A stretch of 29,780 nt of DNA from a virus. Location of the stretch: IMG/VR virus record IMGVR_UViG_3300045988_067336. One strand, given 5' to 3'. A program made the translations under genes and the position numbers. The notes beneath the pieces were generated by a model. That model was not told where the DNA came from and ran no database searches. It was given only the letters and a program-made list of their open reading frames with translations. Below, piece by piece: positions 24,779-29,780 of the stretch (the first letter of the stretch is position 1; every line of letters begins with the position of its first letter).

Positions 24779-25624
24779 TCATAGGCCGAGAAGTCTTGCC
24801 ATGTCGGCTGAATCGTTGCGGAGCTTCTTTTCTCGCCTGTCAGCGCCTTTCACTTCGATCGGGACGCACATTTCGAGCAGTCGTGAATAGATGCGTTTCC
24901 TGTCGATGGAGCCGGGTTCTTTCAGGTCGGCTTGTGTGAGGTTGGATGTTACGATGAGTGGTTTTCCGCTCCGGTATCGGGAGTCGATAATGTTGAAGAT
25001 CATTTCGTTCATGTAGGATGTGTCGCGTTCCGCGGCCAAGTCGTCGATTACGAGCAGATCCAGACGGTTGAAGTCGTCGAGGTAGCGTTGCTTGCCGTCG
25101 AACATTCCTTGGAGAGTGTTTGTGATCCTAGCGAAGTTGGTTACGAGGCATGGACGGCCCTGACTGATGAGTTCGTTGGCGATGCATGCGGCCGCGTACG
25201 TCTTGCCGGTGCCGACTGGGCCATATAGAAGTAGTCCTTTGCCGCGTTTCTTCATTTCGGCGAAGTTGTCGACGTATTTGCGGGAGATGCTCGTGGTTTT
25301 CGGGTCGGTTCCGTCGTCGTGGGCGAAGGTCCAGTCGGCCATTTCACTGTCGGGGAAGCCGAGTTTGCGGAGTCGGTTTACTTCGATGCGGAGGTTTTGT
25401 GCCTGTCGTGCTTGTTCTTCGGCGTCACGGCGTTCGTGTGCACAGTCGCAGAGTGTGTATGGCTTCTTTTCCTTGCCGTCCCATTTGGCGATGAAGCGGC
25501 ATTGTTTTGGCGTGTGGCATTTGCCGCACATGAGTAGGCCGTCTTCGTTGAGGTAGTCGCCTTTCTCGTAGTGGCTGTCCTGGCTTGCTTCGCGAACCAT
25601 GTTCTCGATGAGGTTGGTTTCCAT
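24779..25624 (-). CDS. DnaC/IstB-like AAA+ helicase loader.
   Basis: Walker A GLLLYGPVGTGKTYAA, Walker B LLVIDDLAAE, and a sensor-like LIVTSNL. The N-terminus has a zinc-ribbon-like CGKC...CDC. Confidence 0.85.
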   Translation of the reverse strand: METNLIENMVREASQDSHYEKGDYLNEDGLLMCGKCHTPKQCRFIAKWDGKEKKPYTLCDCAHERRDAEEQARQAQNLRIEVNRLRKLGFPDSEMADWTFAHDDGTDPKTTSISRKYVDNFAEMKKRGKGLLLYGPVGTGKTYAAACIANELISQGRPCLVTNFARITNTLQGMFDGKQRYLDDFNRLDLLVIDDLAAERDTSYMNEMIFNIIDSRYRSGKPLIVTSNLTQADLKEPGSIDRKRIYSRLLEMCVPIEVKGADRREKKLRNDSADMARLLGL

Positions 25625-25653
25625 TGTGGTTCCTTTCTATTGCCTATGGTGAT

Positions 25654-25669
25654 ATTACATCACGTGTCG
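25654..25669 (-). promoter_or_regulatory. Extended -10-like element (TGATGTAAT on the minus strand) overlapped by a GCGACACG half-motif.
   Basis: The minus strand reads CCAGCGACACG-TGA-TGTAAT, 30 nt upstream of the DnaC-like start. Confidence 0.35.
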
Positions 25670-25698
25670 CTGGTATTGTGTTGCCGGCGTGTTGTGGG

Positions 25699-26508
25699 TT
25701 AGAACCAGCCGTTTTCGCGGGTGCATTCGGCTACGTGGCCTTCGGCGTCCTGTGCGATGGACGCGGCGTTCGGGTTGGACAGAACGTTGGGGCGGGTGTT
25801 GGAGCGGGTGTTGAGGTAGCCTTCGAACTTGTTGCCGAAGAGGATGTCCGGGCGGAGATATTGGGACATTTTCGGGTTACCGACCCATTCCGTGGCCTTC
25901 TTGTCGATGACCAGCTTCATATCTTCGACGGTGAAGCCTTCTTTGAGGCGGGCTTTGATGAGTCTGCGTGTGGCTTGCGTTGTTGTCTTGTACTGCGTTC
26001 CGAGCCTGTGGTTCAGGTGGTGGATGACTTCATCGATGTCGTCCGGTTTCTTCGGCTGTGAGGTGGCCTGCGGCTCTGGGATGAGCGGCTGCGGTTCGTC
26101 GGTCGGAGTTTGGAATCGCGTGGTGTCCGCGTTTGCGTTATTGCCCCAAGGGTCCTGTTCAGGGGCCTGTGTGGCTGCCGGGGATTGTGTGGCTGCGTGA
26201 GCCGGCGTGGTTGTGGAGGTCGGCTGGATGGCGGCGTAGTCGACGAGTCGATGGCCGTAGTCGTCCGTGTGGGGGTATTTGGCTAGAAGGCCCTTGTTTA
26301 TGAGTGAGCCGAGTGACCTGTCGACGGTGTCCAGCGAGCAGCCGCACCAGTCGGCGATGTACTTGCGGCTGCCTTTGAATCTGGAGTTTCCGTCTTGAGA
26401 GAAGCCATAGATGAGCGCATAGATGAGTAGCTCGTTGCCTTTGAGGTTGAGCTTGGTGCGCATCCATCCTTGGATTGCGATGAAGTTGTTGTCGTTGACG
26501 GTTGACAT
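25699..26508 (-). CDS. Replisome organiser / replication initiation protein: N-terminal winged helix plus the conserved phage C-terminal domain.
   Basis: The N-terminus LNLKGNELLIYALIYGFSQDGNSRFKGSRKYIADWCGCSLDTVDRSLGSLINKGLL is wHTH-like. The C-terminus IDEVIHHLNHRLGTQYKTTTQATRRLIKARLKEGFTVEDMKLVIDKKATEWVGNPKMSQYLRPDILFGNKFEGYL matches the conserved-phage-C-terminus (DnaD-like) pattern. The SD ggaggg precedes the ATG at 26508. Confidence 0.8.
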   Translation of the reverse strand: MSTVNDNNFIAIQGWMRTKLNLKGNELLIYALIYGFSQDGNSRFKGSRKYIADWCGCSLDTVDRSLGSLINKGLLAKYPHTDDYGHRLVDYAAIQPTSTTTPAHAATQSPAATQAPEQDPWGNNANADTTRFQTPTDEPQPLIPEPQATSQPKKPDDIDEVIHHLNHRLGTQYKTTTQATRRLIKARLKEGFTVEDMKLVIDKKATEWVGNPKMSQYLRPDILFGNKFEGYLNTRSNTRPNVLSNPNAASIAQDAEGHVAECTRENGWF

Positions 26509-26531
26509 GATGTTTCCCTCCGAGGAAAAGT

Positions 26532-26609
26532 GAATCCCACTGACTGCTACCGTCTCCACCCGGTGGCAATCAATGGGATTCGTACCATGTAGGATTATCT
26601 CTCCACGTA
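26532..26609. promoter_or_regulatory. Cluster of inverted repeats in the leader of the replication-initiator gene.
   Basis: gaatccca (26532-26539) pairs with tgggattc (26574-26581), enclosing ccacc-c-ggtgg (26556-26566). ctccac (26591-26596) pairs with gtggag (26604-26609). The half-site CTCCAC(C)/GGTGG(AG) occurs four times. Confidence 0.4.
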
Positions 26610-26642
26610 AGTGGTGGAGCATCTTACATGGCGTATGTCTTC

Positions 26643-26672
26643 AGTATAACACGTTTTCTAGACGACACGCCG
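26643..26672 (-). promoter_or_regulatory. Extended -10 promoter (TGTTATACT on the minus strand) with an upstream CGACACGCCG motif.
   Basis: The minus strand reads CGGCGTGTCG-N14-TATACT. The exact 10-mer is at 26663-26672, inside the last codons of the upstream gene, and the -10 is at 26643-26648. Confidence 0.5.
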
Positions 26673-26963
26673 ACTTATCCGGTTTATCGCATACCAGCTG
26701 AGACTGCCGTAATGGACCATTCTAAGCAGCCCTTTATCCTCAAGCTCTCCAAGGATCTCGGAAACGGCAGACGCGGGCAGTTCCGGAAACATCCGGGGAA
26801 AATCCTCATAGGGCATCCGAACCCAATAACGGCCGTCATGGAAATGGCGCTGTCGCTTCCTCTGACTCCGATAAAAGTCGTAAAGCTGAACGTAGACGGA
26901 CGCCGTGGAAACGCCCAGCCTCTTGGCCACTTTAAGCATGGACTTCGGATCCTTCAAAATCAA
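26658..26963 (-). CDS. DNA-binding protein with an N-terminal HTH and a wHTH-like segment.
   Basis: MLKVAKRLGVSTASVYVQL is an HTH, and SAVSEILGELEDKGLLRMV is a wHTH-like recognition region. Confidence 0.6.
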   Translation of the reverse strand: MILKDPKSMLKVAKRLGVSTASVYVQLYDFYRSQRKRQRHFHDGRYWVRMPYEDFPRMFPELPASAVSEILGELEDKGLLRMVHYGSLSWYAINRISRRVV

Positions 26964-27208
26964 TCCTCCTCAATGAAGGAACTGAAAAGGCTGCGATTGT
27001 AGAGAATGCCGCCAAGCTTCGACAATGCGGTCACCGGATTATCATACTTCCTGCATGCGGTATCCCAAGCCTCAAGGACTTCATCACCACCGAACTTCAT
27101 GCACAGGTCTGAGAAGAACTTACGTGACTTCTGCTCGCCTTCCTCACTGAAGTGGACTCCATACCGTTCGACGAGGGTGTTTCCGATAGTGTCATAAACG
27201 CTCATCAT
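26960..27208 (-). CDS. Hypothetical protein, 82 aa.
   Basis: The ORF has the RBS aaagga and overlaps the downstream start (ATGA-type junction). No motif was recognised. Confidence 0.55.
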   Translation of the reverse strand: MMSVYDTIGNTLVERYGVHFSEEGEQKSRKFFSDLCMKFGGDEVLEAWDTACRKYDNPVTALSKLGGILYNRSLFSSFIEED

Positions 27209-27228
27209 ATGATCCTTTCTTGCTATTG

Positions 27229-27267
27229 CGTTGCTTCAAGTATACTACGAAGCATCGAAAAGCAACG
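27229..27267. promoter_or_regulatory. Operator-like inverted repeat around a palindromic -10-like AGTATACT.
   Basis: cgttgctt (27229-27236) pairs with aagcaacg (27260-27267), flanking agtatact (27239-27246). It lies directly upstream of the 82-aa gene on the minus strand. Confidence 0.35.
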
Positions 27268-27383
27268 AAAAGGTAAGGGGCAGACACTCACCGTCCAACC
27301 TGACCAAACCCTCACTCACGTTCCCCCCGGCCACCGCCATGCCCTGTTTCTTGAGGGAGGGAGCGAGCTTCGGTAGAGAGAGT

Positions 27384-27788
27384 AAGCCTTAAGCACTGAA
27401 AAATTTAAGTGTTTTTCAGGTTAAGGCTTGATGGCTGTTTCCGTCGGTCGGTCGGTCGTACGGCGTCGGTCATAAGAGTGATGCATTACTAACACTGATG
27501 CGGCATACCCCTTCAGATCGCGCTACATCTTTGTTGATGTGGCAGTGTCGGCATCCCTGTTATTCCACTGCCGTCTGAAGGGTCGGTTGAACTTCGCACC
27601 TCTAACGTGAGTATCAACCAACTGTTAGTGGTCGTCCCAATAATCCAAGGCAAGGGCTGTAGCTGGAGAGTGTTATCGTGCCTCCGCACCCAGCTGTACA
27701 TGTTTTTGCATGTACCCGTGGTAGACTGGATTTCGGTTATTGTCAAACCCCATTATAGCACGTCGTGCTGTGGTGGGGTTTTCCTTTT
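27384..27788 (+). ncRNA. Candidate structured non-coding RNA of about 400 nt or more. The 5' end is undefined and the class is unassigned.
   Basis: No credible ORF is present. The region holds a long interrupted hairpin at 27384-27429, a three-way junction (27509-27517 with 27574-27582 enclosing hairpins 27525-27540 and 27541-27572), helices 27585-27590/27614-27619 and 27661-27668/27682-27695, a hairpin at 27696-27715, and a 3' intrinsic terminator. Confidence 0.45.
27745..27788 (+). terminator. Rho-independent terminator on the + strand, inside the leftward arm.
   Basis: aaacccca (27745-27752) pairs with tggggttt (27774-27781), with inner pairing agca/tgct, and is followed by tcctttt. On the minus strand no U-tract follows the stem. 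Confidence 0.7.
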
Positions 27789-28285
27789 ACGCCATCCACG
27801 CATTCCCGGCATTCCTCCCACACGCTTTCCACCACACATGCCTCCAGAACGCACGTAAAGGACCCTCCAACCGATTTTCTAGCCAAACCCGATAACTCGT
27901 TAGGGCCAACCCATGACAGCCCGTCAAAAAGGCCTTCACGCAAGAAAGCGACGTTCCAGCCCAAACAAGCACCGAAAAGCATCGAGAACACCAAGCCGTG
28001 AGAGACCACCCAAGCCAAGCACGGACCAACTCTCCTCCATGCTCCCCTACAGGTCGGGTATCGGGACCAAGGCCCGAAGGGCAACACCGAGGTGAAGCCC
28101 GTATCCTCCTCCTTGCCCAGAGCCATGGAAGAAGCCTCGAAGACATCAGGTCAGACTACATGGCTCCATGTCACGCTCACCGAAGACATCAAGGCTAGGT
28201 TCTCATCGCTCTCGGCTCCCAATCCCCTTGGGTTGGGATTGGCTTCCCTTCGGACACGCCCGCGGCCCCCCGCGGGAGCCGCCTT
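27789..28285 (+). other. Non-coding C+A-rich spacer that ends in GC-rich hairpins.
   Basis: There is no ORF with protein-like composition. The line 27961-28020 contains only 2 T in 60 nt. Helix gagccatg (28120-28127) pairs with catggctc (28159-28166). The direct repeat cgaagacatca occurs at 28138 and 28181. Hairpins: ccaatccc/gggattgg (28219-28242) and cccgcgg-cccc-ccgcggg (28259-28276). Confidence 0.5.
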
Positions 28286-28288
28286 ATT

Positions 28289-28337
28289 TATATTATCCCT
28301 AGAGTATCTAACTCTATATTATCCCTCTATAGTATGG
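28289..28337. repeat. AT-rich segment with two direct repeats, TATATTATCCCT..AGTAT.
   Basis: tatattatccct occurs at 28289-28300 and 28315-28326 (26-bp spacing). Each copy is followed by an agtat element. Confidence 0.8.
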
Positions 28338-28341
28338 TGCC

Positions 28342-28441
28342 TGATTTTGCGGCTATGCCAACACTGATTTTGCGGCTATGCCAACACCGATTTTGCGGCC
28401 ATGCGCCATGAATGTGCGGCCACCACCCTGATTGTGCGGCC
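28342..28441. repeat. Iteron-like direct repeats: two perfect 23-bp tandem copies plus three degenerate copies.
   Basis: tgattttgcggctatgccaacac occurs at 28342-28364 and 28365-28387. The core T(T/G)TGCGGC recurs with GCGGC starting at 28349, 28372, 28395, 28416 and 28436, giving spacings of 23, 23, 21 and 20 bp. Confidence 0.85.
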
Positions 28442-28470
28442 GTCACTTATTGCGTCTGGGTTGACTGAAC

Positions 28471-28493
28471 AAAAAGGCCCCGGCCAGTCCGGG
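28471..28493 (-). terminator. Weak intrinsic terminator after the DUF1064 gene.
   Basis: The minus strand reads CCCGG-actgg-CCGGG followed by gccTTTTTg. The stem is only 5 bp. Confidence 0.35.
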
Positions 28494-28538
28494 AATCTCT
28501 TCCCAAGACCAACCGGGACCATGCCCGTTCCTAGACCG

Positions 28539-28874
28539 TCACGTCTCCTTGATGCTCATACCATACCGTCGCGCGAACAGCTTGCTCTTGAGCCTATACA
28601 CGTCAGTTCTCATGCCTTTCACATCCTCGACGACCTCCTTGCCGTCCTCCACGTAGACGAAGTCGGCCACGTAGTAAACAGGTCGATAATGCCTGCCGTC
28701 CACGTCGAAGGCCGGTACGAGCTCATAACGCACCTGCCGGCGCAGATCCTCGATGCTTCCGTTCTCCTCCATGCCCTTCAGGACGAGATACCTGTCGGCC
28801 TCCATACGCGAGTCGAAGGCAATGCCGTCGACGACGGTTTTCTTCGCGTGATATTTGCTCGCTCCATGCCACAT
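28539..28874 (-). CDS. DUF1064-family protein (predicted PD-(D/E)XK-like nuclease / resolvase-like).
   Basis: SKYHAKKTVVDGIAFDSRMEADRYLVL ... VPAFDVDGRHYRPVYYVADFVYVEDGKEVVEDVKG matches the DUF1064 pattern as I remember it. Confidence 0.7.
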   Translation of the reverse strand: MWHGASKYHAKKTVVDGIAFDSRMEADRYLVLKGMEENGSIEDLRRQVRYELVPAFDVDGRHYRPVYYVADFVYVEDGKEVVEDVKGMRTDVYRLKSKLFARRYGMSIKET

Positions 28875-28877
28875 GGT

Positions 28878-29288
28878 TTACCTTCCGGTGCTTCCGAAGC
28901 CGTTGTCGCCACGCTCCGTCGCGTTGAACGCGGAGACCTGCTCCAACGGTTCGCGGACCACCGGGATCATGACCAGCTGGGTGACCTTGTCCCCCGCCTC
29001 GAACTCATAGTCCTCGGCCCCATGGTTGTAAAGCTTCACCACGATGCTTCCCGTGTACCCCTCGTCGATGAGCCCGGTGCTAGTGATGCCGTGCCTGACG
29101 TTGAGACCGCTCTTGCTGACGAGCAGTCCGGCACACCCGTGAGGCAATGCCACATGCACTCCTGTGTCCACGGCGACGCTTCCGTAGGCCGGTACGGTCA
29201 CGGCCTTCGGCGTGCGCAGGTCCAGTCCGGCATCGGTCCCGTGGCCTCGTGACGGCATGTGCGCTCCGTTGTCCAACATGACTTCCAT
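28878..29288 (-). CDS. dut: dUTP diphosphatase (trimeric dUTPase).
   Basis: The motifs GTDAGLDL, LVSKSGL, GLIDEGYTG, GDKVTQLV and RGDNGFGSTG are present in the canonical order. Confidence 0.9.
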   Translation of the reverse strand: MEVMLDNGAHMPSRGHGTDAGLDLRTPKAVTVPAYGSVAVDTGVHVALPHGCAGLLVSKSGLNVRHGITSTGLIDEGYTGSIVVKLYNHGAEDYEFEAGDKVTQLVMIPVVREPLEQVSAFNATERGDNGFGSTGR

Positions 29289-29371
29289 GGTGTTTTCTCC
29301 TTTGTGATATGATTGTCGATGTCGGTAAGTTTTTTGGTTTCCCTTCCCGACTGCCTTTCATTGGATAAAAT

Positions 29372-29413
29372 AATACCCACCCAGGTGAATGCCCGGGTGG
29401 GTATTATTTTTTT
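29372..29413. terminator. Bidirectional intrinsic terminator.
   Basis: aatacccaccc (29372-29382) pairs with gggtgggtatt (29395-29405). On the + strand it is followed by attttttt, and on the - strand by attttat. Confidence 0.7.
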
Positions 29414-29423
29414 GGTGTTCGCG

Positions 29424-29648
29424 TCAGCGCTTGCTGTAGCCGCCGCTCAGCATCTTGACGAGCCAGTAGAAGAAGTAGATTCCGCTCGTGCAGATGGAAT
29501 AGATGAGGACCTTGAGGAATCCGGGGGCCTTCTTCTTGCCGCTGTCGTCCGACTGGGCCGGCGTTACGTTGTTGATGATGATCGGCTGCGGTGCGCACTG
29601 CGGCTGGGTCGGCTGGGTTTCCGTCTGGTTGATGTTCTGTTCGGTCAT
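29424..29648 (-). CDS. Small membrane protein, 74 aa. It is the first gene of the leftward arm.
   Basis: The N-terminus is Q/P/T-rich and a C-terminal TM segment is present (FLKVLIYSICTSGIYFFYWLV). The RBS aaaggaa precedes the ATG at 29648. Confidence 0.6.
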   Translation of the reverse strand: MTEQNINQTETQPTQPQCAPQPIIINNVTPAQSDDSGKKKAPGFLKVLIYSICTSGIYFFYWLVKMLSGGYSKR

Positions 29649-29681
29649 TTTGATTCCTTTCAATGTTGGTAGGTCGTTGTG

Positions 29682-29780
29682 CCCTGCGTTGTTTGATATA
29701 CACACAATATCATGTCCTTTTTTACGACACGCCGAACCGACGACGATCCACCGCGCACATCGGTTGCAACCAAAAAAAAC
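29682..29780. repeat. Terminal direct repeat, copy 2 (identical to 1-99).
   Basis: Exact 99-nt identity with the first 99 bases. Confidence 0.9.
29695..29734 (-). promoter_or_regulatory. Leftward promoter of the switch region: a TG-rich extended -10 (TGTGTATATC on the minus strand) with an upstream CGACACGCCG motif. It equals 14-53 in the duplicated left end.
   Basis: The minus strand reads CGGCGTGTCG-N24-TATATC. The exact 10-mer is at 29725-29734 (=44-53) and the -10 at 29695-29700 (=14-19). It is back-to-back with the rightward promoter at 83-110. Confidence 0.45.

Noticed and set aside
27218-27246. A + strand promoter for the candidate ncRNA using TATACT at 27241-27246.
   Set aside because: The possible -35 hexamers (TCTTGC, TTGCTA) are poor or wrongly spaced, and no TG extension is present. 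The same palindromic element fits the minus-strand 82-aa gene better, so the 5' end of the ncRNA is left undefined.
27743-28146. The 119-127-aa minus-strand ORFs and the 60-91-aa plus-strand ORFs in the ORF-free block, considered as real genes or as a decayed integrase.
   Set aside because: They overlap one another and have no SD or start context. Their composition is dominated by the local nucleotide skew, and no recombinase-like motifs are visible. A pseudogene cannot be fully excluded without a frameshift-tolerant search.
28342-28441. Tandem 23-bp repeats considered as a CRISPR array.
   Set aside because: The repeats are contiguous with no spacers, they are shorter than typical CRISPR repeats, and no cas genes are present. 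An iteron-like binding array is the better reading.
1-29780. A search by eye for tRNA or tmRNA genes, integrase, transposase, reverse transcriptase and toxin-antitoxin pairs.
   Set aside because: I saw no T-arm or acceptor-type signatures (GGTTCGAATCC-like with a 3' CCA context) and no matching protein motifs. A tRNAscan, ARAGORN or HMM run would be needed to be certain.

Overview
The window appears to be a complete small siphovirus-like dsDNA phage genome. Bases 1-99 are repeated exactly at 29682-29780, so the unique length is 29,681 bp and the molecule is circular or circularly permuted. GC is roughly 55% by eye.

Layout:
- A divergent control region lies at the window junction (about 29690 through 287).
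- A rightward (+) arm runs 288-19055. It holds an excisionase-like HTH, a BRO-N/KilAC antirepressor, SSB and a small membrane protein, then an intrinsic terminator. After that come TerS, TerL, a portal-MuF fusion, a prohead protease-major capsid fusion, a collagen-like head protein, neck proteins, a major tail protein with an Ig-like domain, two chaperones, the tape measure, Dit/Tal-like proteins, two fibre/receptor-binding proteins, and a holin-amidase-holin lysis cassette. One oppositely oriented membrane moron sits at 17351-17695.
- A leftward (-) arm runs 29648 down to 19131. It holds a membrane protein, dUTPase, DUF1064, two small DNA-binding/unknown genes, a replisome organiser, a DnaC-like loader, two acidic paralogues, a basic repeat protein, DUF3310, two tiny HTH proteins, an ERF annealase, a YqaJ exonuclease, a glutaredoxin-like protein, a DUF1360 membrane protein, a wHTH protein, an XRE regulator and an orphan.
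- I saw no integrase, partition genes, tRNA, CRISPR array or reverse transcriptase.

Most notable observations:
1. A 1.3-kb ORF-free block (27209-28538) interrupts the leftward arm. It contains a helix-rich candidate ncRNA on the + strand ending in a strong intrinsic terminator, then a CA-rich spacer, then AT-rich repeats and five iteron-like repeats.
2. The genome has an extreme strand-compositional polarity that is positional rather than transcriptional. The + strand is C+A-rich from about 26.6 kb through the junction to about 11.6 kb, and G+T-rich from about 12.5 to 26.5 kb. The genome is therefore split into two near-equal halves.
3. The 10-mer CGACACGCCG recurs at fixed, helically phased distances upstream of extended -10 promoters of the leftward units.
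4. A promoter, an ~80-nt RNA and a terminator sit in front of a probably leaderless first rightward gene.

All functional calls come from reading translated motifs by eye. No database search was run.
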